A stretch of DNA of 64,000 nucleotides from an uncultured Gemmatimonadaceae bacterium. Its GTDB lineage: Bacteria > Gemmatimonadota > Gemmatimonadetes > Gemmatimonadales > Gemmatimonadaceae. The stretch lies in assembly GCA_963829055.1 (NCBI GenBank), contig CAWHHI010000005.1:32001-96000 (forward strand). The letters are read 5' to 3'. Under the pieces are notes generated by a model. It had not been told where the DNA came from, did no database searches, and saw only the letters and a list, made by a program, of their open reading frames with translations. The translations under genes were made by a program, and so were the position numbers. Shown here piece after piece: positions 52,788-63,222 of the stretch; position 1 is the stretch's first letter, and each line of letters starts with the position of its first letter.

Positions 52788-55700
52788 ATGAAAGTGGAAC
52801 ACGTCGTGACCGATGACCGATGGGCGCGGCTGACCGATCTCTACCACTCCGCGGTTGCAATGACCGCGGAGGAGCGGGCGAGCTTCCTCGCCGACGCGTG
52901 TGACGGTGATGCGAGCCTCCGCGCCGGCGTCGAGCGCCTCGTTGCCGCCCACGAGCGCGCGAACCAGCCCGCCAGAGCCGAAGAACCGGTAGCAGTCGCC
53001 GCGATGCCAGTCGCCGGCGCATCGTTAGGCGCGATCGCGGAACCGGCATCGCTGGTTCACCAATTCGGCCCATATCGCGCCGTCCGGGAGCTGGGCCGCG
53101 GCGCCATGGGCACTGTCTACCTCGCGGAGCGCGCCGACGGGCACGACGGTCAGGTCGCCATCAAGGTGATCGAGCGAGCGGCCGACACGGACGTCCTGCA
53201 GGATCGGCTTCGGGCCGAGCGCAAGATTCTGGCGTCGCTCGACCATCCGAACGTCGGGCGCCTGCTCGACGGCGGTGTCAGCGACGAAGGGTTCCTGTAC
53301 TTCGTCATGGAGTACATCGACGGCGAGCCGCTCGACGAGTACGCCGACGCGTACCGCCTCTCCGTGCCGGACCGACTGAAGCTGTTCCTGCAGATCACGA
53401 GCGCGGTCGCGCAGGCACATCGCCTCCGCATCATCCACCGCGACATCAAACCCGCGAACGTCCTCGTCACGCCGGGCGGCGTGCCGAAGCTGCTCGACTT
53501 CGGCATCACGAACGTGCTCGACCCGGATGGCGACGGGCAGACGTCCTCGGATCTCCGAGTGCTCACGCCGGAGTACGCGAGTCCGGAGCAGATCGAAGGA
53601 CGTCGCGCGACGGCCGCGAGCGACGTGTACTCCCTCGGCGTGCTGCTCTACGAGTTGCTCACCGGTCAGTCGCCGTATCGCCTGCGGACACGGGAGCCGC
53701 TCGAAGTTTCCCAGGCCGTGCGGACGATCGACCCCGAGCGACCAAGCAAGGCGGCCAGACGTGAAATGGAAGCGGCGGGCAACAGCGAGAAGCTCGGCCG
53801 ACGACTGAACGGCGACCTCGACACGATCGTGCTCAAGGCGCTTCGCAAGGAGCCGGCCCAACGCTATCAGTCCGTGGAACAGCTCGCGGCTGACGTTAGG
53901 CTGCACCTCGATGGCCGGCCCGTCGCGACGCAGGCCGACAACACCGGCAACCGAAACGGCAGCTTCCTTCATCGGAACCGAAAGGCGGTTTCCGTCGTCA
54001 TGGCGGCCGCGTTCGTGGCACTGGCCCTTGGCGGCGGGTTCATCGCCTTCCGGCCGAAGACCGAGCGCGTCGCACCGCCGGTGGCGTTAGGCGCCCTGAC
54101 GTTGCATGACCGCATCGTCGTCGCCGACCTCGCGGACAGCACCGGCGACGCCGTGCTCGCCACTGCCCTCAGCGACGCGTTCCGCAAGGATCTCACGCAG
54201 TCCCCGTTCGTGCAGGTGCTCCCTGATCGCGAAGCTGGCTCGATGCGCGAGATCGCCGGGCGGGAAGGCGCGAAGGCGATCGTCACGGGCTCGATCTCGA
54301 AAGCCGGCGAGAGCTACGAGATCACCGCTCGGCTCGTGAGCACGGAGAAGGGCGACGTCCTCGCGACAGTTCGAGAAGCGGCGACCGATTCGACCGCTGT
54401 CATTGGCGCGGTGGACCGCCTGTCCAACAGCCTCCGCCGGCACATGGGAGAATCGTCAGCGAGCATCCAGGCGAGCCCGCGGCTCGAGCTGGTGACCACG
54501 AGCTCGGTGTCCGCGCTTCGATCCTACTCCGAGGGCGTGCAGGCGATCCGCGACGGCAATCGCACGCGCGGGCTGCAACTGCTGGAGAAGGCCGTCGAGC
54601 TGGATACGGGATTCGCGTCGGCCTACCGGGTACTCGGCGCCACCTACGGCGACATGGCGGAAACCGGCCGCTCGACGTCGGCGCTGGAGCACGCGATCGC
54701 GAATCAACCGCGTCTCTCGTTCTACGACCGGTATCACACGATCGCGACGCACGCCTCCACCGTGCTGAACGACAACATTACCGCGATCGATGCGTACCAG
54801 CACGTGCTCGAGCGCTACCCTAACGATGTTCCCGCGCTGACGGGCCTTGCCCACGTGTACGCGCTGCGTCGCGAGCATGCGGCGCAGGAGAGTCTGCTCG
54901 TCCGCGCGCTCGCCGTGGACTCGACGAATCCGAGGGTCTCCATCGCACTCGTGGCCACGCGGTTGAATCGCGGCGATTTCGAGGGCGCACGACGCGAGCT
55001 CGATCGCGTGGAGAAGCGTTCCGCCACGTTGAGCAGCGCACACCTCGCGGAGATCTACCTCGCTGCCGCGCAGCAGGATTGGGCGAGCGCCGAGCGTTGG
55101 GCGCGTTCGCGGATGGCGCTACCGTCAACCGGTCCCCTCGACTCGCTCGACGGTCTCGAGACGCTTGCGGGAATCGCGATGGCGCAGGGTCGGCTCGCCG
55201 AGGCGGAACGGCACTCGCGCGCGGCGCTCGCGCTTGCCGCGAGGATGAGGTCACCCGGACGCTATCTGTCGTCTGCGGTCAGGCTCGCGTCCATCGATCT
55301 CCGCTATCGGAACGCGCCGACCAGAGCGCGCGCGACGGTGACCGCGGCACTCGCACGGTATCCGTTGGGCAAGCTCCAGGAAAGCGATCGACCGTACGAC
55401 CTGCTCGCGCGCTTCTTCGTCGCCGCGGGGAACACGGCACGAGCGCGCGACCTGATCCTCCACGCCGACCAGACGAAGCTCGGCCGGCAGCGCGAGGTCA
55501 GTGCAGACCGTCGCTGGACGTTAGGCGTGATCTCGCTCGCCGAGGGACACACACCTGAAGCGACGGCGCAGCTTCGCGTGGCAACGGAGGAACACGAGTG
55601 TCCGATGTGCGCGCTGCCGGATCTGGCTCGCGCGTACGAAGCGGTGGGCAAGCCCGACTCGACGATCGCCGTCTACGAGCGGTATCTGCGCGAGCCGTGG

Positions 55701-55916
55701 GGACGGCGATTCGAAACCGACGCGACCGAGCTCGGATGGTCGATGCATCGGCTCGCGGAGCTGTACGAGTCGCGGCGCGAAACGACGAAGGTCGCGGAGC
55801 AGTACACGGCGCTCGTCGCGCTCTGGAACGGCGCCGACCGGGAGCTGCGTCCGGTGATCGAGGACATTCGGAAGCGCATCGATCGAGCAGGCCAGGTCAC
55901 CGGGCGACGCGACTGA
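52788..55916 (+). CDS. Membrane Ser/Thr protein kinase with TolB-like domain and TPR repeats
   Basis: GRGAMGTVY, HRDIKPAN, DFG, TPEYASPEQ; TM; TTSSVSALRSY; TPRs; CPMC near the C-terminus. Confidence 0.92.
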   Translation: MKVEHVVTDDRWARLTDLYHSAVAMTAEERASFLADACDGDASLRAGVERLVAAHERANQPARAEEPVAVAAMPVAGASLGAIAEPASLVHQFGPYRAVRELGRGAMGTVYLAERADGHDGQVAIKVIERAADTDVLQDRLRAERKILASLDHPNVGRLLDGGVSDEGFLYFVMEYIDGEPLDEYADAYRLSVPDRLKLFLQITSAVAQAHRLRIIHRDIKPANVLVTPGGVPKLLDFGITNVLDPDGDGQTSSDLRVLTPEYASPEQIEGRRATAASDVYSLGVLLYELLTGQSPYRLRTREPLEVSQAVRTIDPERPSKAARREMEAAGNSEKLGRRLNGDLDTIVLKALRKEPAQRYQSVEQLAADVRLHLDGRPVATQADNTGNRNGSFLHRNRKAVSVVMAAAFVALALGGGFIAFRPKTERVAPPVALGALTLHDRIVVADLADSTGDAVLATALSDAFRKDLTQSPFVQVLPDREAGSMREIAGREGAKAIVTGSISKAGESYEITARLVSTEKGDVLATVREAATDSTAVIGAVDRLSNSLRRHMGESSASIQASPRLELVTTSSVSALRSYSEGVQAIRDGNRTRGLQLLEKAVELDTGFASAYRVLGATYGDMAETGRSTSALEHAIANQPRLSFYDRYHTIATHASTVLNDNITAIDAYQHVLERYPNDVPALTGLAHVYALRREHAAQESLLVRALAVDSTNPRVSIALVATRLNRGDFEGARRELDRVEKRSATLSSAHLAEIYLAAAQQDWASAERWARSRMALPSTGPLDSLDGLETLAGIAMAQGRLAEAERHSRAALALAARMRSPGRYLSSAVRLASIDLRYRNAPTRARATVTAALARYPLGKLQESDRPYDLLARFFVAAGNTARARDLILHADQTKLGRQREVSADRRWTLGVISLAEGHTPEATAQLRVATEEHECPMCALPDLARAYEAVGKPDSTIAVYERYLREPWGRRFETDATELGWSMHRLAELYESRRETTKVAEQYTALVALWNGADRELRPVIEDIRKRIDRAGQVTGRRD

Positions 55917-55954
55917 TACTTGCCGTCCCGGGGTTCGTCAGACTCGGGACCTTG

Positions 55955-57181
55955 TCAGGCGGACGACGTCTCATCGAGCGGTAGAAGATCGCCACCCTCC
56001 TGCGGTCGCGACTCCCCGCTTCGGTCGAGCGCGAACCGCGCACTGAGCGGGCCGGCAATCTCGAAGACGATCACCGCCCCCAGCACGACGGTCGTCACCG
56101 TGGGCGCGATATCAGGAAATCGCTCCCGTGTCACGAGCACGAGCCCGACGGCGAGCCCCGCCTGCGCGAAGATCGACATTCCGAGCAGCCGCTGCACCGG
56201 CTCGGGGAAGCGCGTGCGCTTCGCGGCGAGCCGCGCGCCCGCGAGCTTTCCGGTAGCGCGGCAGAGTACGTAGACCAGGCCCAGCAAGCCTAACGACGGC
56301 AGCAGCGACAGGTCGAGATCGGCGCCAGCCAGCACGAAGAAGATCACGTACAGCGGCGGGTCGGTGCGGGACAGCGCGCCGAACAGCCGTCGACTCTTCC
56401 CCGACAGGTTCGCCATCGTCGCGCCGACCGCGAGACTGGCGACCAGCGGCGAGAGGCCCAGCACCGTCGACACACCCACCGTGAGCAGCACGCATCCGAT
56501 GAGCAGGATCAGGATCTCACCGGACTCGACGACCTGCGATGCCCACGACGCGAGCAGCAATCCGACGAGGAATCCGAGCGCCGCGGAGCCGACGAGCTGC
56601 CAGAACAGCGGAAACAGCGCGCGTCCGATCTCGCCCACGCTTACCCCGCCAGTCGCGGCCAGCGCGTTGACGTCGAGCGTCGCGGCCGCAAGGCTGAACG
56701 CGACGAGCGCGAAGATGTTGTTCAACCCGATCACGCCCGTCAGCGCTTCCGTGAACGGGCCAGCGGAGTTGTTCTCGCGAATCACCATCAGCGTCGACGC
56801 CGCTCCCGTCTCGACCGCGATGGCACCTAACAACAACGCGACGGGCCAGGGTTGGCCGATGATCAGCATCCCGACGAACACGAGCGCGGCTGCCAGTCCG
56901 GACTCGGCGAGCGTCAGCGTCACGAGGCGTCGGCCGATAGCGCGCACGCGCCCGAGCTCGAACACGGCGCCGATCGAGAACAGGATGAGCCCGAGGCCAA
57001 CCTCGCTGAAGATGTGCAGCGCCTCGAGGTTCTCATGGGTCACCCAGCCGAGCGCCGACGGCCCGACGATCATTCCGGCGACGAGGTAGCCCGTCACCTC
57101 GGGGACTCGCGCGAATTTGACCAGGTGGCCGACCAGCAGCGCGAACAGCAGGATGAGGCCGAGCGATGCGAGCTCGTTCAT
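55955..57181 (-). CDS. Cation:proton antiporter (CPA superfamily)
   Basis: RVPEVTGYLVAGMIVGPS, IFFVLAGA, QAGLAVGL, FEIAGP; highly hydrophobic 408 aa. Confidence 0.88.
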   Translation of the reverse strand: MNELASLGLILLFALLVGHLVKFARVPEVTGYLVAGMIVGPSALGWVTHENLEALHIFSEVGLGLILFSIGAVFELGRVRAIGRRLVTLTLAESGLAAALVFVGMLIIGQPWPVALLLGAIAVETGAASTLMVIRENNSAGPFTEALTGVIGLNNIFALVAFSLAAATLDVNALAATGGVSVGEIGRALFPLFWQLVGSAALGFLVGLLLASWASQVVESGEILILLIGCVLLTVGVSTVLGLSPLVASLAVGATMANLSGKSRRLFGALSRTDPPLYVIFFVLAGADLDLSLLPSLGLLGLVYVLCRATGKLAGARLAAKRTRFPEPVQRLLGMSIFAQAGLAVGLVLVTRERFPDIAPTVTTVVLGAVIVFEIAGPLSARFALDRSGESRPQEGGDLLPLDETSSA

Positions 57182-58371
57182 CGTGGGAGCAGCACGCCAC
57201 GCTGCGCGGAATCGCGTTCGAACACCACGAGCGTCGCGCCCTCACGTCGTTCGAGCAGCCGACGCGCGGTCCGCGGATCACGGACCGCGCGTCCGCCAAC
57301 CTCCAGCAATCGATCACCACCGCGGAGCCCGGCCCTGCCAGCTGGTGACTCCGCGCGAACGGCATCGATGATCACGCCCTCGGGTGGCGAGCGTTCCGCA
57401 AGTCGAATCCCGGCGTCGGCCGACCGAGCCGAGTCGGTTGGTGTTCCGACCACCGCGTCGCGACGCAGGATTCGAACTCGGGCGTCCGACTTACCGCGCC
57501 GGCGTACCACGTCGTGCTCGGCAGGCGGGTCGCCCACGAGGACCGCGAGGTCATCGGGCGCCGCGACTCGCTGGTCGTCGACGCCGAGAATCACATCGCC
57601 TGGGCGCAGTGCCGAAGCTGCGGGAGCATCCTGCCTGACGGTGACGACGAGCACACCCGAGTCGCTGGCGAAATACGCGCGTGCGAGCGAGTCGAGCGGC
57701 GACACGGCGAAGCCGTAGCCGTCCCAGACCCGCGCCGCGAGCGATGCCGTGGTAGCCAACAGTCGCGTGGCCTCGGCCATTGGGATCGCCGCCATCTGGC
57801 CGGCGCAGCGAACGACCATTCCGACCAGCCGTCCATCGAGATTGAACAACCCAGCGCCGGCGAAGCTGTCGTGCAGCGCCACGCCGAGGACCAACTCCGC
57901 CAGCGACTCGTTGCCGCACCGCCTAACGGCCCTCCCGCCGAACAGGCCGGCTGACGACACGACCCTGCCCTCCGGCGTGCGCCCGACCACGAGCAGCCAA
58001 TCGTTAGGTGCCGGGTCGGCAATGGCGGGCGGCGCGGCGCGTCCGGTGTCGCGGGCCGTCGCGGCGACGGAGATGACGGGACGACCCGCGAGCGTCGTCA
58101 CGAGCGTGTCCCCCTGACCAAACCGGAATCCGGCGGCACCCACGGTCGCGATGTAGACCACCCGCGGCGCGACGGCGGCGATGCGTGTCGCGAGAAAGTC
58201 CGAAACACGTTCGAGCTGTCCGTCCTGCGAGAGCTGCTGCAATGCAGACGCTTCGCTCGGCGGCGCTGGTGCTGACGGCTGCGCGCGCTGGAGGCGGCCG
58301 CGGATGAAAATGCCGATGGCCAACACGAGAGCGGCGCCGAGCGCCAGCGACGCGAGATACTTTCGGTTCAT
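57178..58371 (-). CDS. Membrane-anchored PDZ-domain protein with degenerate trypsin-like (HtrA-like) region
   Basis: N-terminal TM; AGAGLFNLDGRLVGM; two PDZ-like motifs (APAASALRPGDVILGVD, SPAGRAGLRGGDRLLEVG). Confidence 0.75.
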   Translation of the reverse strand: MNRKYLASLALGAALVLAIGIFIRGRLQRAQPSAPAPPSEASALQQLSQDGQLERVSDFLATRIAAVAPRVVYIATVGAAGFRFGQGDTLVTTLAGRPVISVAATARDTGRAAPPAIADPAPNDWLLVVGRTPEGRVVSSAGLFGGRAVRRCGNESLAELVLGVALHDSFAGAGLFNLDGRLVGMVVRCAGQMAAIPMAEATRLLATTASLAARVWDGYGFAVSPLDSLARAYFASDSGVLVVTVRQDAPAASALRPGDVILGVDDQRVAAPDDLAVLVGDPPAEHDVVRRRGKSDARVRILRRDAVVGTPTDSARSADAGIRLAERSPPEGVIIDAVRAESPAGRAGLRGGDRLLEVGGRAVRDPRTARRLLERREGATLVVFERDSAQRGVLLPR

Positions 58372-58384
58372 GCGTGGCGATGGC

Positions 58385-59425
58385 TCACTGAAAAAAGTCG
58401 GTGGGCGCCCGTGGCGCATGAATCGCGCCGGCGGTCAGATGAGCGATCAACGTAATCAGGTACGCGAGATAGGCGCCGAACAACAGCGCGCCTTCGCCGC
58501 GCGAGAGCCGCGCGCCCGATCGCATGAGCGGCAACAGCAGCAGCGACGTGCCGATCATCCACCACATGTCGCTCCGCGCCAGCGCGGGCGCCACGTGCAT
58601 CGGCGCGATCACAGCGGTCACGCCGAGAATCCCGAGGATGTTGAAGATGTTCGAGCCGATCATATTCGCGACCGCCACGTCGGTCCGCTTGCGGAACGCC
58701 GCCACCAGCGATGTCGCCAGCTCGGGCGCGCCTGTGCCACCCGCGACGATGGTCAGGCCGATCACGCGCTCGCTCAGGCCCGCGATGCGCGCGAGCGTCA
58801 CGGCACCGTCGACCAGCAACCGGCCGCCGGCGATCAGCCCAACGATGCCTAACGCGAGCACGGCGAGGGTGACCGCTATCGACGCAGGGCGACCCACTGG
58901 CGTACCTGGACGGTCAATGTCACGCGCCTCAGTCTGCGCGGCGAACTGTCGGGCCTCCGCCGCGCCGACATCGCGCCGCGCGATGCGCACCGTGTACGCG
59001 ATGAACAGCACCATCGCGATGAGCAGCACACCGCCTTCGACTCGATCGATCGTGCCGCCCCTCGCGACGACCAGACACACGAGACTCGCCGCGAACATGA
59101 CCGGCCACTCGCGCCGGACGGCAGAACCGTGAACCGGCAGCGGGATGATCATGGCCGTGAGCCCGAGCGTCGCGGCGATGTTGAAGATGTTCGAGCCCAC
59201 GACGTTCGCGACGGCGAGGTCTGGCTCGCCCCGCAGCGCGGCGAGCAGACTCACCACGAGCTCGGGGAGCGACGTGCCGATGGCGACGACCGTCAGGCCA
59301 ATCACGGCGGGGCTCACGCCCGCGATCTCGGCGATCGTTGTCGCCGCGCGCACGAGCGCCTCGCCACCGCCGACGAGCAGCACGAGTCCACCCAGGATGA
59401 GGCCCAGCGGAAGTAGGATTTCCAT
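58385..59425 (-). CDS. yrbG: Ca2+/Na+ antiporter (CaCA family, YrbG-like)
   Basis: Two alpha repeats: GTSLPEL..NVVGSNIFN and GTGAPEL..NMIGSNIFN. Confidence 0.9.
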   Translation of the reverse strand: MEILLPLGLILGGLVLLVGGGEALVRAATTIAEIAGVSPAVIGLTVVAIGTSLPELVVSLLAALRGEPDLAVANVVGSNIFNIAATLGLTAMIIPLPVHGSAVRREWPVMFAASLVCLVVARGGTIDRVEGGVLLIAMVLFIAYTVRIARRDVGAAEARQFAAQTEARDIDRPGTPVGRPASIAVTLAVLALGIVGLIAGGRLLVDGAVTLARIAGLSERVIGLTIVAGGTGAPELATSLVAAFRKRTDVAVANMIGSNIFNILGILGVTAVIAPMHVAPALARSDMWWMIGTSLLLLPLMRSGARLSRGEGALLFGAYLAYLITLIAHLTAGAIHAPRAPTDFFQ

Positions 59426-60908
59426 ATGCGGTGTTCGAACGCCCGCGTCCGCGGGCGACGACGTGTGAGGCGCTAGTCTGGCGGTCGCGGCGGGCTTTGG
59501 CAGAGGCGCCATTCCCCGTCGCAGCAAGAGACTGCCGGCTATGCCGGCGACAGCCGACGCGGCGAGGATGCCGAGCTTCGCGGCGTCGAGGAACTCCGCG
59601 CGTCCGGAGCCCTCCGGAAACGCGAGCCCGGCGATGAACAGCGCCATCGTGAACCCGATGCCGCCCAGCACCGCGACGCCGGCGAGCGCCATCCATGTCG
59701 AGCCGCGCGGCAGGGACGCGATGCCGAACCGCACTGCGAGCCACGCGAATCCGGCGATGCCTAACGGCTTCCCGAGCAACAGCCCGAGCGCGGCACCGAG
59801 CGCAACGGGGCTAGTGGCGCCGGCGCCGAGGGCGGCGGCGTCGAGCGTGACGCCGGCGTTCGCGAGCGCGAACAGCGGCATGATCCCGAACGCCACCACC
59901 CCGTGCAGCGCGTGCTCGAGGCGGATGAGCGGCGGCTGCGCCTGCTGGCACAGCGTCTCGATCTCTTCGAGCACCGTATGGTGCTCGACGTTCGAGAGAA
60001 CGGTCGTGTTCGGATCCGTTTCCGTCACCGTCGCCGCCGCATCGAAATGGTCGAGCGCGCGCCTGGCACTGCTGAGGAACTCCCGCTCGTTCACCCGCGT
60101 GCGAACCGGAATCGTGAACGCGAGCAGCACGCCGGCCACAGTCGCGTGAATACCGGACAGGAGCACGGTGCCCCACAGCGCGAGTCCGATCGCGCCATAC
60201 GTCCACGGGCGACGCGCGCCGGCGCGATTGACGACCGACCGCGAACAGCAGGAGCGCGCCCGCGGCGGCCAGCGGGCCCCACGCGACGCCTGACGAGTAG
60301 AAGATCGCGATCACGAGCACCGCGCCGATGTCATCCACGATCGCCAGCGCGGCGAGGAACACTTTGAGTCCCGTCGGGACACGATCACCGAGCAGCGCGA
60401 GCACGCCGAGCGCGAACGCGATGTCCGTGGCCATGGGCACGCCCCACCCAGCCGCGCCGGGGCCGCCACGGTTCACGAGCGCGTAGATCGCCGCCGGCAC
60501 GACCATCCCGCCGAGCGCCGCGATCATCGGCAACGACGCCGTTCTCAGCGACGCGAGCTCACCGGCGATGATCTCGCGCTTGATCTCCAACCCGACCAGG
60601 AAGAAAAACACGGCCATCAGGCCGTCGTTGATCAGATGGTGAAGGGTCGTTCGGAACGACGCTCCCCCGAACGTGCCGCCGACGGGCAGTTCCCACAGAT
60701 GATGGTAGCTCTCCGCCCACGGCGAGTTCGCCCAGCCGAGCGCGATCGCCGTTGCCAGCAGCAGAACCACACCACCCGACGACTGTGCGTGCGTGAATCG
60801 AAGAAACGGAGCGAGCACGCGCTCGATGAGCGGCGCCTCCGACGTCGACGCTCCGCCGAGGTCATCACTTACCGGTATCGGCCTGGTGGGGACGGACTTG
60901 CTGGTCAT
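59426..60908 (-). CDS. nhaA: Na+/H+ antiporter NhaA; frameshift ~60235; no in-frame stop before the CaCA gene
   Basis: [59 protein letters not shown]. Confidence 0.92.
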
Positions 60909-61084
60909 CGACTTCGGTAGAGGACGCGACGCGCTGTCAGCGTTGCACGGCGACAGGCTCGCCAGCGGTAATGCGGAATTCGTCTCGCCGGTTCCGTGCC
61001 CGGGAGTCGTCGGTCGTGTCCTGACAGGCTGTACGCTCCCCACCGAAGCTCGCGATCTCGATGCGCTCGCGGTAGATGTCCCGC

Positions 61085-62260
61085 TTAGGCGCCGTTGAAC
61101 GACGTCGCGAGAACGCCGGCGACGCCGGCGGTGGCGATGACCAGCGGCTCGGGAATTTTTCGAGTCCGAAGCAATATCAGCAGCGTGACGCTGGCGATCA
61201 TCGCTGTCGTCAGGTCGACCACCGCTCGACGCCCCAACACGACCGCCGCTCCGGCAATCGCACCGGTGGCCGCCGCGGTCACGCCGTCCACGAACGCCCG
61301 CACCCGCCGGTCTGCCTTGAGCCGCTCATAACGCGGCGCGAGTACCAGCGTGATCACGTACACGGGCGCGAACACGCCCATGGCCGCCGCGGTGGCACCT
61401 GACGCGCCCGCGACCAGGTAGCCGATGAACGCGACAGTGATCACCACCGGCCCCGGCGTGATCAGCGCGACGGCCACGGCGTCGAGAAACTGTCGCTCGG
61501 TGAGCCAGTGATGCTGCTGCACCACGCCGCCATGAAGAAACGGCACGATCGCCAGCCCACTCCCGAACACGAACAAGCCGGCGGACGCGAAGTAGATGAA
61601 TATCGCTCCGATCATCACGAGCGACGTACCGCCCGCTCCCTCGAGGGCCGCGACGAGCCAGGTGGGCACGTGAGCCGTGCCGACGACTGGACCGACCGTC
61701 GCCACCCACCGCCCGGGCAGGCCCGAGCTCGTCCGTGCCATGACGGACACCACTCCGCATAACGCGAATACCCAGACGACCTCCGACTCGGTCCAGGCCG
61801 TCACGAGCGCGCTGGCGGCGAACAATACCCACATCAGGCGATCGCTGCCTAACGTCGTCCGGGCGAGCTTGACGGCGCTGCGCGCGATGATCGCGATTAC
61901 GGCCGCGCCGATTCCGTAGAACGCGCCCTGGAGCCAGGGTATACCGCCCAGCCGCTGGTAGAGCGCGGCGAGCACGAGCACCATCGCGAACGACGGCGCC
62001 ACGAACGCAATGCCGGCGACCGTCGCACCCCGCGCTCCGCGGCACAGCCATCCGAGGTAGATCGCGAGCTGGGCCGCGAGCGGTCCCGGCGCGAGCTGGG
62101 AGAATGCGAGACCGTCGCTGAGCTCCTGGCGCGTCACCCAGCGGCGGCGGTCCACGAACTCGTGCTCCATGTAACCCACCAGCGCGATCGGCCCGCCAAA
62201 GCCAGTGGTGCCGAGCCAGAGGAAAAACCGGAGCAGGTCGCGCGAGGACGGCCGTGTCAC
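61085..62260 (-). CDS. chrA: Chromate efflux transporter
   Basis: [35 protein letters not shown]. Confidence 0.93.
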   Translation of the reverse strand: MTRPSSRDLLRFFLWLGTTGFGGPIALVGYMEHEFVDRRRWVTRQELSDGLAFSQLAPGPLAAQLAIYLGWLCRGARGATVAGIAFVAPSFAMVLVLAALYQRLGGIPWLQGAFYGIGAAVIAIIARSAVKLARTTLGSDRLMWVLFAASALVTAWTESEVVWVFALCGVVSVMARTSSGLPGRWVATVGPVVGTAHVPTWLVAALEGAGGTSLVMIGAIFIYFASAGLFVFGSGLAIVPFLHGGVVQQHHWLTERQFLDAVAVALITPGPVVITVAFIGYLVAGASGATAAAMGVFAPVYVITLVLAPRYERLKADRRVRAFVDGVTAAATGAIAGAAVVLGRRAVVDLTTAMIASVTLLILLRTRKIPEPLVIATAGVAGVLATSFNGA

Positions 62261-63222
62261 CTGGACAGTAAGGCGTACAGGTCATCGAACAGCTGATACC
62301 CGCGCTCGAGCCGAGCGGCGTCGTCGGGGTTCGATGCGGCGATGCCGGCGATGACCCGCTCGATACCGGCGGCGTCCTCTCGGGCGAATTTGCCATCCTT
62401 GAGATCGATGTCGTGCACTACTTCCGCGATGGAGCGCAGTGCGCCGTCATCCATCGCGAATCGCTCGAGCAATGTCTCGAACGTGCACCGCTCGCCCTCG
62501 TGCGTGAACTCGCCTTCGAACATGTCGAAGCGCAGCTCGCCCTTTGACGGACGATAGCCGTCGTCCGCGACGAACTTGAATCGAGCGGCAGGATCGATGA
62601 AACGATGGATGAGCCAGGCGCTCGCCATGCGGTCGACGAAGACGTCGGCGCGCGTGACCCACGTCCGGCTTCGATACCCAGAGCGATCGGCGATGCGCGC
62701 ACTGGTGGACGCCGCCACGGGCCTCAGCTCCGCCTCGGCGATGCCTAACGCCTCCTCGGCCATCCCACGCTCGGGGGCAGCAAAGAAATCGAGCGCGGCA
62801 ACGGCCGCGAACCGCTTCTGGAGCCTGGCGAGATCGTCGTCGGGGCGAGCGGGGCGTGACGCTGCGTCGCGGCGCCGGATCGCGGCCCAGAGCTCGCGCG
62901 CAGCCGCCGCGATCTCGGCGTAATCCGCGTTGCGAGCGCTCCGGAACATGTGCCGCAGCTGATCGGAGGTGAGGCCGTCGACGAAATCCGCTCGGCAGAT
63001 CGATGCGTCGCCGCCGCCGTCGATGATCTCCGTGCGGATCCACTGGAAGTCCTCGTACGCCTGTGCGACGTCCGGCAGGACGTACACGGAATTCTTCACT
63101 GGTACAGCGCCCACGCGCTGCAGGCGCCGCCCGATCTTGACGCGCAGGTAGTCCGGCTTGGGCGGGATCTGATGGATGAGCAGGAGCCACTGCGTGGCGG
63201 CGGCGTCAGCGGGCTTGCTCAC
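62257..63222 (-). CDS. chrB: Chromate resistance protein ChrB
   Basis: WLLLIHQIPPKPDYLRVKI, WVTR, VDRMASAWLI, FTHEGERCTFE, VHDIDLKD; GTGA overlaps at both ends. Confidence 0.9.
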   Translation of the reverse strand: MSKPADAAATQWLLLIHQIPPKPDYLRVKIGRRLQRVGAVPVKNSVYVLPDVAQAYEDFQWIRTEIIDGGGDASICRADFVDGLTSDQLRHMFRSARNADYAEIAAAARELWAAIRRRDAASRPARPDDDLARLQKRFAAVAALDFFAAPERGMAEEALGIAEAELRPVAASTSARIADRSGYRSRTWVTRADVFVDRMASAWLIHRFIDPAARFKFVADDGYRPSKGELRFDMFEGEFTHEGERCTFETLLERFAMDDGALRSIAEVVHDIDLKDGKFAREDAAGIERVIAGIAASNPDDAARLERGYQLFDDLYALLSR

